From contig CAZVVT010000001.1 in NCBI GenBank assembly GCA_964630595.1, positions 399,383-463,382 of the forward strand: a stretch of DNA of 64,000 nt. Reading direction: 5' to 3'. Shown piece after piece: positions 10,182-19,206 of this stretch. The position numbers and the translations under genes are program-made. Numbering within the stretch: the stretch's first letter is position 1; every line of letters begins with the position of its first letter. The stretch comes from an uncultured bacterium. Its GTDB lineage: Bacteria; Chlamydiota; Chlamydiia; Chlamydiales; VFKH01. The notes beneath the pieces are model-generated. The model saw only the letters and a program-made list of their open reading frames with translations, did no database searches and had not been told where the DNA came from.

Positions 10182-11060
10182 TTAGGCGACGAGCACTTCA
10201 GGGCTGCGTTTGCAGAACATCTCCAAATAACGGAGGGCCAGACGGGAAATTTCGCACTCAAATGCTTGAACAAGAGCATGATCCACCACGGGCCTTTCTG
10301 CAATGATATGATCCATGTTGAGCAATTCCACTTGCTCGCTTAATCGAGGATCGACATTGCGCGGCACACTCAAGTCGATGATACGCTTGGTCCCAAGCGC
10401 TTCAAACTCCTCAATATTAAGCAGATAAGAATTACAGCGGGTAGCAAACACCAGCGTCTCATAGCGCAGCCAGGAGCGCTTGTCATCCCAAGGCACATCG
10501 CACAGGCCGCTACGGTTGGTGAACGCCCCCGGCCTTTTCGCAGCGATAGCACAGTTGATCTCTGAGTGGCCCACATAGAGCACGCAGCCGCGGATGTGAC
10601 GGCAGACGATCTCTTCAACAGAGAGATTCTGCTGCGGCCACTGACTTCTCACCCATTTGCCGACCTTGAGAGCCTTCTGGAAGAGAAAGTGGAGGTCGGA
10701 GTTTGCATTGCACCGCCCCTCATCGTAGGCCTGGCGCACCTGGCCCTGCACCTGCGTCTCTCCCACCACTGCGCTGTCCAGCCCTGCCGTCACTCGGCAG
10801 AGGTGGGCAAAACAGTCGGCGCCAAAAAAAGTATAGAGTTTTTGCTCGAAATCCCCCGTAACCTCCGCTTTCAAGCGTTGGATAATGGCACTATGCAGGT
10901 TATCGGGTTCTGGATGGCTAAAGTAAATTTCAGTTCTATTACAAGTAGAAAGAAGAATATAGAAACCATCAAATCCACCGCGACCGAGGCTTTTTGCAAC
11001 CTGCTCGCGCAGCGCCAACTCGGCACATTTGTGGTTGATGCCCAAAATTCCTATTTGCAT
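10182..11060 (-). CDS. hemA: Glutamyl-tRNA reductase (short, divergent HemA)
   Basis: 292-aa ORF with the catalytic STCNRTEIY motif, GLDSAVVGETQVQGQVRQAY and IDLSVPRNVDP. The NADPH-loop position reads VLYVGHSEIN rather than the GxGxxG form. Confidence 0.75.
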   Translation of the reverse strand: MQIGILGINHKCAELALREQVAKSLGRGGFDGFYILLSTCNRTEIYFSHPEPDNLHSAIIQRLKAEVTGDFEQKLYTFFGADCFAHLCRVTAGLDSAVVGETQVQGQVRQAYDEGRCNANSDLHFLFQKALKVGKWVRSQWPQQNLSVEEIVCRHIRGCVLYVGHSEINCAIAAKRPGAFTNRSGLCDVPWDDKRSWLRYETLVFATRCNSYLLNIEEFEALGTKRIIDLSVPRNVDPRLSEQVELLNMDHIIAERPVVDHALVQAFECEISRLALRYLEMFCKRSPEVLVA

Positions 11061-11139
11061 GAAACATTAGGTATAATGAGGTGTAGGAATTTTTGGACAC
11101 TGGGAAAAAATCCTCTCCGGTAGATAATCTCCCGCCATC

Positions 11140-12933
11140 ATGGCGAAAGCGTATACAGAAGCTTCTATTCAAACCCTCGATGCCTTAGCGCATATCCGTC
11201 TTCGTTCAGGGATGTACATTGGGCGACTGGGAGATGGCTCACACCCCGATGATGGCATTTACATTCTCATCAAAGAGGCGATCGACAACAGCATCGATGA
11301 GTTCATCATGGGCCATGGCAAAAAGATCGAGGTGACTGTCGATGGACAGGAGGTTACCGTACGCGACTATGGCCGCGGCATTCCTCTTGGCAAGGTAGTT
11401 GACTGCGTTTCCAAAATCAATACGGGCGCGAAGTACAACGACGACGTCTTCCAATTTTCCGTCGGCTTAAATGGAGTCGGTCTCAAGGCCGTCAACGCTC
11501 TCTCCTCTTCCTTCACCGTGAAAAGCGTTCGCGAAGGGCAGGCGCAAGAGGCGCATTTTGAACGCGGCATGCTCAAAGGGGATAAAAAGAGCAAAAGCGC
11601 AGAAGAAAATGGCGTACTGATTCGCTTTACTCCCGACGTGGAGATCTTCAAAAAGTTTGCCTTTGATCAAAGCTATCTTCTCAAGCGATTCCATCATTAC
11701 GCCTATCTCAATTCCGGTCTCACCATCGTCTTTAACGGACAGTCCATCCGCTCCGAACATGGCCTACTTGATCTGCTCGATAGTGAAGTCAAAGAAGAGC
11801 GCCTTTATGAGCCTCTGAGCTACCGCGATAAGCAGCTCGAATTCGCCATCCTTCACACCACTTCGTACGGAGAAAACTACTTCTCTTTCGTCAACGGACA
11901 ACATACCAGCGATGGCGGAACCCATTTGAGTGCCTTCAAAGAGGGCATTTTGAAAGCGGTCAACGAATTTTCCGGAAAAGGCTTTCAAGGGGCTGATGTG
12001 CGCGAAGGGATTTTCGGCGCTATTTCCGTGCGCGTGAAAGACCCCGTCTTTGAATCTCAGACGAAGAACAAATTGGGCAACACCGACTTGAAAGGACCCC
12101 TTACACAAGCTGTGAAGGAGGCCCTCTTACGCCTTTTGTACGAAAATCCTGAAACGGGCAAGACGCTGGTTGACCGCGTGACCTTCAACGAAAAATTACG
12201 CAAAGAGCTCGCCGCAGTTAAAAAGGAAGCCTCCGAAAAGCAGAAAAAAATCAGCTTCAAGATCCCGAAACTGCGCGATAGCAAATTCCATAAAACAGAC
12301 AACGGCAAGAAAGAGACGATGATCTTCTTGACCGAGGGTGAATCGGCCAGCGCCTCCATCGTCTCTTCGCGTGACCCTCTGACGCAAGCCGTCTTTTCTC
12401 TGCGCGGAAAACCGTTGAACGTGCACGGCATGCGCCAAGACCAGCTCTACAAAAACGAGGAGATGTTCAACTTGATGAAGGCTCTCGATATTGAAGAGAG
12501 CTGCGAAAACTTGCGCTTCGATAAAGTCATCCTCGCCACCGATGCCGACGTGGACGGCATGCACATCCGCAATCTTCTGATCACCTTCTTCCTCACCTAC
12601 TTTGAATCGCTGGTGATGAATGGCCATCTCTACATTCTGCAAACGCCTCTTTTCAAAGTACGCAATAAGGAGAAGACCCTCTTCTGCTACTCTGAAGAAG
12701 AAAAAGAAGATGCGGTGAAGAAGCTCAAAACGAGCATTGAAATCACCCGCTTCAAAGGACTGGGAGAAATCTCACCCAATGAGTTCAAGCCCTTTATCGG
12801 CCCTGAGATGCGCCATGAGCTGGTGAATGTAGCAACCTTCTCCGACATCAAACCAACGCTAGAATTCTACATGGGGAAGAACACACCCGACCGCAAAGAG
12901 TTCATCATGAAAAATCTGATCACGGACTTATAG
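11140..12933 (+). CDS. Type IIA topoisomerase subunit B paralog (ParE / GyrB_2-like)
   Basis: 597-aa ORF with the GHKL ATPase N-terminus (LDALAHIRLRSGMYIG, EAIDNSIDE, DYGRGIP, GLNGVGLKAVNALS) and a Toprim domain (IFLTEGESA, ILATDADVDGMHI). Confidence 0.9.
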   Translation: MAKAYTEASIQTLDALAHIRLRSGMYIGRLGDGSHPDDGIYILIKEAIDNSIDEFIMGHGKKIEVTVDGQEVTVRDYGRGIPLGKVVDCVSKINTGAKYNDDVFQFSVGLNGVGLKAVNALSSSFTVKSVREGQAQEAHFERGMLKGDKKSKSAEENGVLIRFTPDVEIFKKFAFDQSYLLKRFHHYAYLNSGLTIVFNGQSIRSEHGLLDLLDSEVKEERLYEPLSYRDKQLEFAILHTTSYGENYFSFVNGQHTSDGGTHLSAFKEGILKAVNEFSGKGFQGADVREGIFGAISVRVKDPVFESQTKNKLGNTDLKGPLTQAVKEALLRLLYENPETGKTLVDRVTFNEKLRKELAAVKKEASEKQKKISFKIPKLRDSKFHKTDNGKKETMIFLTEGESASASIVSSRDPLTQAVFSLRGKPLNVHGMRQDQLYKNEEMFNLMKALDIEESCENLRFDKVILATDADVDGMHIRNLLITFFLTYFESLVMNGHLYILQTPLFKVRNKEKTLFCYSEEEKEDAVKKLKTSIEITRFKGLGEISPNEFKPFIGPEMRHELVNVATFSDIKPTLEFYMGKNTPDRKEFIMKNLITDL

Positions 12934-12936
12934 AGT

Positions 12937-14853
12937 ATGGACGACTTAAAACAGCAGATGCGGAACTATTTTCTGCAGTACGCCTCTTATGTGATCTTAG
13001 ACCGCGCGATCCCCAGCATTGTGGACGGCTTAAAACCGGTGCAGCGCCGCATTCTTCATACGCTCTACGGCATGCATGACGGGAAGCTGCACAAAGTCGC
13101 CAACGTGGCGGGGCAGACCATGGCGCTCCATCCGCACGGCGATGCGCCCATCATCGACGCGCTTGTCAACCTAGCGAACAAAAACCTGCTGATGGACCGC
13201 CAGGGAAATTTCGGCAACCTCTATACCGGCGATCCCGCTGCAGCAGCCCGTTATATTGAAACGCGCCTGTCTAAACTGGGGATCGATACACTCTTTAATC
13301 CCGAAATCACTCCCACCACTGCCTCTTACGACGGCCGCAACCAAGAACCGATCTATCTACCGGCGAAGATTCCCCTTCTCTTGATTTTGGGTGCAGAGGG
13401 CATTGCTGTGGGCATGTCGACCAAGATTTTGCCGCACAATTTCAAAGAGTTGCTCGAAGCGCAGATCTCTTTACTACAAGACAAAACCCCTAAGATTCTG
13501 CCCGACTTTCCCACGGGCGGCATCATGGATGCCTCTGAGTACAATTCCGGCCGCGGCCGCGTCAAGGTGCGCGTGAAGTGCGAAATCCCCGATGACAAAA
13601 CCATCATCATCCGCCAAATCTGTCCGGGCACAACAACGGAATCCTTGATTGAATCAATCGACGAGGCTGCCAAGAAGGGCAAAATCAAAATCGATTCCAT
13701 CAACGACTACACAGCAGAAAATGTTGAGATCGAAATCAAGCTGCCCCGCGGCCACTACGCTAAGCAGCTCCTGGACTCTCTCTACGCCTTCACGCAGTGT
13801 GAAGTGTCGATTCAGCCGCAGATGGTGGTCATCCAAGAAGGACACCCGGTCACGACCACGGTTTTGGAGATCCTCAAGCACAACACAGCGCAGCTCAAAG
13901 GCTTTCTGCAGCAGGAATTGGAACTGGATCGACACAAGATCAAGGAACGGATCTTCTCTAAAAACTTAGAGCAGATTTTCATTGAAAATCGCCTCTACAA
14001 GAAGTTGGAAGAGGTCAAGAGCGAAGATCTTTTGGATAAGACTGTCGAGACCAGCTTGAAGCCCTTTATCAAGATTCTCTACCGAGAACCCGTTGCCGAA
14101 GACAGAAGGCGCCTGCTCGCCATTCCCATTCGCCGCATCTCCAAATTCGACATCGACAAAAACCAAGAGGAGATCGCTGCTTGCGAGAAAGAGCTTGAAA
14201 TCGTGGAGAAGAAGCTCAAGAACATGGTGAAGACCGCCATCGACTACCTTCAAGCTCTTTTGGAGAAGTATGGCGCTCAATTTCCTCGCAAGACTGCCAT
14301 TAAGAGCATCGAAGAGGTGGACGTGCGCGCTGTTTCCACGCGCAAAGTAAAACTCTTTGTCGATCCCAGCGGATTTATTGGCACCAAAGTGGATGGCGAA
14401 ATCCAAATCGAATGCACCAACTACGACAAGATTCTCGCCTTTTCCAAAGACGGAACCTATACCGTCACTCCCATCCGCGATAAGCACTTTGTCTCCAAAG
14501 AAGAGATCGTTCATGTGGGCATCGCCGATAAGCAAACCGTATTCACCGTGCTCTTTCTCGATGAAAAGAAACAAATCTGCGTGAAAAGATTTGTCGTCTC
14601 GCAGTTCATTCAAGATAAGATTTACCGATTTGTCGATGAGAAGGGTAAATTTCTCGCCCTCACCACGGCAGAAAATCCCGCCGTCGAGCTATTCTATAAG
14701 GAGAAACCCAAACAGAAGGTCAACCAAGAGACCAAAAAGTTGGGTGAAGAATTGGTGAAGAATCCTCAAGCCAAAGGCGTGCGTATCTCCGATAAGGAGT
14801 TGAAACGCTTCAACTTTAACTGTCCTGTGAACTTGCGATGCATACCCGAATAG
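12937..14853 (+). CDS. Type IIA topoisomerase subunit A paralog (ParC / GyrA_2-like)
   Basis: 638-aa ORF with YASYVILDRAIPSIVDGLKPVQRRILH, HPHGD and the active-site Tyr context AAARYIETRLS. It starts 4 nt after the B subunit. Confidence 0.9.
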   Translation: MDDLKQQMRNYFLQYASYVILDRAIPSIVDGLKPVQRRILHTLYGMHDGKLHKVANVAGQTMALHPHGDAPIIDALVNLANKNLLMDRQGNFGNLYTGDPAAAARYIETRLSKLGIDTLFNPEITPTTASYDGRNQEPIYLPAKIPLLLILGAEGIAVGMSTKILPHNFKELLEAQISLLQDKTPKILPDFPTGGIMDASEYNSGRGRVKVRVKCEIPDDKTIIIRQICPGTTTESLIESIDEAAKKGKIKIDSINDYTAENVEIEIKLPRGHYAKQLLDSLYAFTQCEVSIQPQMVVIQEGHPVTTTVLEILKHNTAQLKGFLQQELELDRHKIKERIFSKNLEQIFIENRLYKKLEEVKSEDLLDKTVETSLKPFIKILYREPVAEDRRRLLAIPIRRISKFDIDKNQEEIAACEKELEIVEKKLKNMVKTAIDYLQALLEKYGAQFPRKTAIKSIEEVDVRAVSTRKVKLFVDPSGFIGTKVDGEIQIECTNYDKILAFSKDGTYTVTPIRDKHFVSKEEIVHVGIADKQTVFTVLFLDEKKQICVKRFVVSQFIQDKIYRFVDEKGKFLALTTAENPAVELFYKEKPKQKVNQETKKLGEELVKNPQAKGVRISDKELKRFNFNCPVNLRCIPE

Positions 14854-14976
14854 AAGAACCTGTGCAACAAACTCCCGCCACTGCCGTCCAAGAGCCTATG
14901 GAGGCCTTTCGCGAGGCGCTGCTCAAAAAAGTCATCCTCGATATCCAAAGCTTTGAACAGGCAATGAAGAGAGCGC

Positions 14977-15855
14977 GTGAGCGTAGTCGTTCCTAAAGAG
15001 AGCGCTGGTCAGCGCCTCGACGTCTTTCTTACACAGGCCTTTCCTGGCCAGTCGCGCTCCTATTTTCAAAAGCTGATCGACCAAGGGCTGGTGCTCGTCT
15101 CCGGCTGCGTGGTGAAAAAACGAACGCAGGTAGAAGAGGGCGACGAGATTGAAGTTGAGTTTGCCCTCACGCAAGAGCTGGCTGCCGTACCAGAAGAGAT
15201 TCCCCTCGATATCATCTTTGAAGATGAACATCTCATCGTCATCAATAAGCCCGCTGGCATGGTGGTCCATCCCGCCCCCGGCCATTTTTCGGGCACCTTT
15301 GCCAATGCTTTGTTGTGGCATTGCAAAAACCTGACTTTCGATGAAAAGGTACGTCCCGGCATTGTCCACCGCCTCGATAAAGACACCACGGGGCTGCTCG
15401 TTGCTGCAAAAACGCCCGAAGCCCACAGGGCTCTGGTGGCCGCTTTTGCTGCTCGCTCCATCGATAAACGCTATTTAGCTCTCGCTTCCGGCCATCCCAA
15501 AGACCAACGCATCGATCTGCCCATCGGCCGCGACCCCCAGAATCGACAACGCATGACCGTCACGAAAGGGGGCAAACAAGCCACCACCGACGTCCGAGTC
15601 CTAGCGCGCTATAAAGAAGCGAGCCTCATCGAATGCCACCTCATTACAGGTAGAACACACCAGATCCGCGTCCACCTCAAGGCCATCGGTTGCCCCCTCT
15701 TGGGAGACCCAATTTATGGGGCAGTCCACAGCCGTGCCTCTCGGCAGATGTTGCACGCCGCCCAGCTAAAATTTACTCATCCTATTAAGCAGGAAGAACT
15801 TACGTTTATAGCCCCTCTTCCGGCCGATATGGACGGCCTGATAAAAAATTTGTAG
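14977..15855 (+). CDS. RluA/RluD-family 23S rRNA pseudouridine synthase
   Basis: 292-aa ORF with a GTG start. It has an S4-like N-terminus (GQRLDVFLTQAFP), INKPAGMVVHPAPG, the catalytic HRLDKDTTGLLVAAK motif and TGRTHQIRVHL. Confidence 0.88.
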   Translation: MSVVVPKESAGQRLDVFLTQAFPGQSRSYFQKLIDQGLVLVSGCVVKKRTQVEEGDEIEVEFALTQELAAVPEEIPLDIIFEDEHLIVINKPAGMVVHPAPGHFSGTFANALLWHCKNLTFDEKVRPGIVHRLDKDTTGLLVAAKTPEAHRALVAAFAARSIDKRYLALASGHPKDQRIDLPIGRDPQNRQRMTVTKGGKQATTDVRVLARYKEASLIECHLITGRTHQIRVHLKAIGCPLLGDPIYGAVHSRASRQMLHAAQLKFTHPIKQEELTFIAPLPADMDGLIKNL

Positions 15856-15972
15856 CTGTTTTTCCCCTCTATGATCTATAGATGGAGGTATGAGAGCCTA
15901 TTAAGGAGCTTCCTCCGTTTGGCGGGAGAAGTGCCTCATAGGGTTCAAGTAATCATTTTAAGGAGTCATTCC

Positions 15973-16167
15973 ATGAAAAAAGCACTATCCGCTGCACTGA
16001 TCGCTGTTGCATCCGTTGCGGCTCTCGTAACAGGTTGTAGCCGTTGTGGCGATCCCTGTGGCAACCCATGTGATTGGAACAATTGCTGTGAGCCATGCCC
16101 ACAACCTTGTCCAGCACCTTGCCCACAACCCTGCGATCCTTGCCAGCCAACAAATTGCTGCTACTAA
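15973..16167 (+). CDS. Small cysteine/proline-rich lipoprotein (OmcA-like)
   Basis: ATG at 15973 with an aaggag RBS at 15959-15964. The 64-aa product is MKKALSAALIAVASVAALVTGC (lipobox) followed by SRCGDPCGNPCDWNNCCEPCPQPCPAPCPQPCDPCQPTNCCY. It lies immediately upstream of omcB, like chlamydial omcA. Confidence 0.8.
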   Translation: MKKALSAALIAVASVAALVTGCSRCGDPCGNPCDWNNCCEPCPQPCPAPCPQPCDPCQPTNCCY

Positions 16168-16200
16168 TCGTCAGTTAACTTTCGTTAACTGTGGGTTTTA

Positions 16201-16247
16201 ATCTTGAGATCGGTGGTTTTCACCCTGATCTCAAGATTTTTTATTTT
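16201..16247 (+). terminator. Rho-independent terminator after the OmcA-like gene
   Basis: Perfect 11-bp inverted repeat atcttgagatc (16201-16211) / gatctcaagat (16227-16237), followed by ttttttatttt. Confidence 0.75.
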
Positions 16248-16395
16248 CCCCTCTTAAAACCTGAATTTCTGATTCAAACTTAAAATTTTTCCTCTAGACC
16301 TTTTTCAAACGCATCCGCTATAGAGTGAGGGTAGAACGCAAGGGGCTACCAATGGCTCCGTGCCCAAATCTATTAATCTTGCAAGGAGTCTCCTC

Positions 16396-18135
16396 ATGCA
16401 AATCAATCAACTAGCAAAGAAGTTCGGGATTGCGGCAATCGCATCTTTCGCTCTTTTGCTAACAGCGTGCAACCAGTGCAATGACTGGTCGCAATGCTGC
16501 CCACAACCTGCCACACAATGTTGTCCAACAACGTGCTGTCCGACTACCGCGATGAATGGCGGGGTTGGCGCGCGTGGATTCATGGGTCTGGCTCAAACTA
16601 CTGACGAAGGCGAAGAGGGCAAAACTGTTGGTTTCGCTCGTTCTTTTGGCTTTGCTCAGACACTAAGTGCTAAAGCATCAAGCAACATCGTAGTAGCGCA
16701 AGGTTGCGCTCCCTGCGATCCTTGTGCTCCTGGCAGCAACGCAGTTGCTCGTACACCCTCTAGTGCTTGCCGCACCAATGTTGTGACGATCAACACAGAT
16801 CACGTACGCGTGACAAAGCAATATCCAGCCGGCATGGTGGACTTGAACCAAGAGTTCCCCATTGTTTACACAGTGACTGCTCTGGATAACGCTGAAAACA
16901 TCCAAGTGACAGAGACAATTCCTTCAGGCGTTGTTTATGTACGCGGTGATGTGAACGGCGCTGCTTCTGGCGATAGCGTTGTATGGACCATTGACTCTCT
17001 GTCAAAAGGCCAATCAAAGGTCATCAGAACATGGTTTAAAGCGACTCAAGTAGGGCAAATCTGCGGCTGCACAACAGTGACAGCAACTCCCTGCATCAGC
17101 GCTTGTATCTGTGTTGGTGAGGCATGCATTGAGTGCTCCAAAACAGCTCCTCCAAAAATCAACTGCGATGATTGGTTTGAGTACACAATCACAGTGAAAA
17201 ACACAGGTACAGCTGTAGCCCGCGATGTTGTGGTGACAGAGAACCTGCCTTCTGAGGTAGAACACCCCAGTGGACAGCGCGTACTGCGTTTTAACCTCGG
17301 TGATATTTGCCCCAAAGAGTGCAAACAGTTCAACGTGCGCGTAAAAGCGAAAACACGTTGCATCCATGTCTGCAACACCATCACTACAACCTCCTCGAAC
17401 TGCGAAAGCAGCTCTTGCGAGTGCTGTGTTGATATTTGCAAACAGATCGTTTCGATCCGCAAATCGGGTCCTGCTGAGCAGTTCGTCTGCAAAAACGCAG
17501 ATTACCAGTTGGTGATTCGCAACGAGGGTGATAACCCACTGCACGATGTAGTCGTAACTGACTTCGCGCCTCAAGGCACATGCATCGTCTCTGCTCCAGG
17601 AGCTTCGCTCTCTGGTAACACAGCGACATGGTGCTGCAAGGTACTGAACCCAGGCGAAGAGCGTGTGTTCAATATCCGCCTGACTGCAAGAAATTGCGGC
17701 GTATACTGCAACCGCGCTTCCGTCCGCGCTGCTGACGGCTGCGGTACAGACACCGAACTGTGCACAACCTGGAAAGGTTGCTCCGGCATTACAATGTGCG
17801 TAACAGACTGCCAAGACCCTATCTGTGTTGGTGAGTGCAATACGTACAAAATCGTCGTTGTGAACCAGGGTTCAGTACCCGACACAAACGTGTCGATCGT
17901 GGCGAATTTCAGCCCCGAACTGCTCCCTATCAGCGGCTGTGGTCCTACCTGTGCGACCGTTTCCGGTCAAACAGTGACCTTCAAGCCAATTGCTTCGCTT
18001 CCTGCTAAGCAAACAGCTGAGTTCACTATCCGTGCAAAAGGCGTTTCCTCCGGAGATGCCCGTCTGAAAGTCGACCTGATGGCTGACTTCCTGACAAAGC
18101 CGGTAACCGACGAGGAAAGCACACAGGTCTACTAG
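16396..18135 (+). CDS. omcB: Large cysteine-rich outer-membrane-complex protein (OmcB, 60-kDa CRP type)
   Basis: ATG at 16396 with an aaggag RBS at 16383-16388. The signal/lipobox is FALLLTAC. A CP-rich N-terminus follows (CNQCNDWSQCCPQPATQCCPTTCCP). The rest consists of repeated DUF11-like segments (YTITVKNTGTAVARDVVVTENLP, YQLVIRNEGDNPLHDVVVTDFAP, YKIVVVNQGSVPDTNVSIVANF) with many Cys. Confidence 0.88.
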   Translation: MQINQLAKKFGIAAIASFALLLTACNQCNDWSQCCPQPATQCCPTTCCPTTAMNGGVGARGFMGLAQTTDEGEEGKTVGFARSFGFAQTLSAKASSNIVVAQGCAPCDPCAPGSNAVARTPSSACRTNVVTINTDHVRVTKQYPAGMVDLNQEFPIVYTVTALDNAENIQVTETIPSGVVYVRGDVNGAASGDSVVWTIDSLSKGQSKVIRTWFKATQVGQICGCTTVTATPCISACICVGEACIECSKTAPPKINCDDWFEYTITVKNTGTAVARDVVVTENLPSEVEHPSGQRVLRFNLGDICPKECKQFNVRVKAKTRCIHVCNTITTTSSNCESSSCECCVDICKQIVSIRKSGPAEQFVCKNADYQLVIRNEGDNPLHDVVVTDFAPQGTCIVSAPGASLSGNTATWCCKVLNPGEERVFNIRLTARNCGVYCNRASVRAADGCGTDTELCTTWKGCSGITMCVTDCQDPICVGECNTYKIVVVNQGSVPDTNVSIVANFSPELLPISGCGPTCATVSGQTVTFKPIASLPAKQTAEFTIRAKGVSSGDARLKVDLMADFLTKPVTDEESTQVY

Positions 18136-18168
18136 TAGTCCTGTAGCTTCCCTTCCGGGAATACAAAA

Positions 18169-18208
18169 GGGCCGACCCCCACAGTGGGGGCCGGCCCTTT
18201 TTGTTTTT
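18169..18208. terminator. Bidirectional hairpin terminator between omcB and the convergent membrane-protein gene
   Basis: Stem gggccgaccccc (18169-18180) / gggggccggccc (18186-18197), loop acagt. It is followed by tttttgttttt and preceded by acaaaa, so it can serve both strands. Confidence 0.8.
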
Positions 18209-19085
18209 ACAAATAACGAATGTTGTCGATTTTCTCAGGCCCTACAAAGCCCGGATCGGGTCTTTGCCAAGTAATCTCTGCCTGAATCGTATGGGTCTTG
18301 GTTGAAATCACCCAGTACTGCCCATCGTGCTTAATACTCTCAATCGCCTCACCACCGACCAATTCCCGTAAACGGGGATCGTTCTTCAAGGCTTCTTCAA
18401 CGAGCTGATTGTGTGCTTCTGGCCCCAGGGTCCCCAGACGTGTTTCCTTCGCTTTCTGCTGCGCGACATAGGTTTGGCAGGTTTGAGCCAGGGCATAGCC
18501 CTGAAGGCCCGTAAAGGCCAAATAGCCCAGTCCCAGAACGTAGTCTTTCTTCGCAAAGCTCCATGCAGCCAAGCCCAGTGTCAAGGCAACTCCCACACTC
18601 AGCGCCGCAATGGCCACTTCAGCACTCTGCGTAAAGATCGCTGCAGCCAACAAAGCACACGAAACCGCATAGCCAATCTCTAAAACCGCCTCTTTCCAAC
18701 GCTCTTCTTTGATCATCAATGCCGCTTCCAAAAGGTGCAGCCCACTCTGTGCTGCCAGGGCCGGTCCCACTACGAAAGGCAAAGAAACGAACAGGGTCAC
18801 AGTAGCAAGAAGCGCCAGACCCGCAGCGGCTACTTTAAGCGCCACATGAGCGGCTTTATGCCTCTCTTCCCCTCCCGCCACGGCAGCGCCGACAACGCTC
18901 GTCATGACCGTAAATCCTTGCGACACAATACGCGCAACACCAGCCGTCACAGGAATAGCCCTCAACACCCCTAAAGCCACCTGCGCCGCCATTAACATCG
19001 CCCCAATATAAGGGATCTCATTGGTCTTACACGTTTCCGCTGTTTGAGCGGTCTGTCCCTGCCCAACGATCATCGCTGCTGCCAT
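18207..19085 (-). CDS. Hypothetical polytopic membrane protein (Inc-like hydrophobic lobes)
   Basis: 292-aa ORF. The N-terminal ~200 aa contain several long Ala/Gly/Val/Leu-rich hydrophobic stretches in pairs, for example VALKVAAAGLALLATVTLFVSLPFVVGPALAA and AVSCALLAAAIFTQSAEVAIAALSVGVALTLGLAAWSF. The soluble C-terminus is ~90 aa. No known family. Confidence 0.6.
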   Translation of the reverse strand: MAAAMIVGQGQTAQTAETCKTNEIPYIGAMLMAAQVALGVLRAIPVTAGVARIVSQGFTVMTSVVGAAVAGGEERHKAAHVALKVAAAGLALLATVTLFVSLPFVVGPALAAQSGLHLLEAALMIKEERWKEAVLEIGYAVSCALLAAAIFTQSAEVAIAALSVGVALTLGLAAWSFAKKDYVLGLGYLAFTGLQGYALAQTCQTYVAQQKAKETRLGTLGPEAHNQLVEEALKNDPRLRELVGGEAIESIKHDGQYWVISTKTHTIQAEITWQRPDPGFVGPEKIDNIRYL

Positions 19086-19206
19086 ATTACCCCCTTTGTG
19101 AAGAGAGTTATTCTAATTAATAAATATTAAGATCATGCAACGAAATCTTTACAAGATTTTAATATAAGAAAATTATCTTTTCCTCTTCATAACAAAGGGG
19201 AAAGCC

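Noticed and set aside
14862-14996. Possible 44-aa ORF (GTG start; ..MEAFREALLKKVILDIQSFEQAMKRARERSRS) in the gap between the parC-like gene and the pseudouridine synthase gene, overlapping the latter's GTG start
   Set aside because: It is too short, has no RBS or known motif and has an ambiguous start. It cannot be supported from sequence alone.
17014-17814. 266-aa minus-strand ORF and other ORFs antisense to omcB
   Set aside because: The plus frame gives a signal/lipobox plus repeated DUF11-like Cys-rich domains with an RBS. The antisense products have no features.
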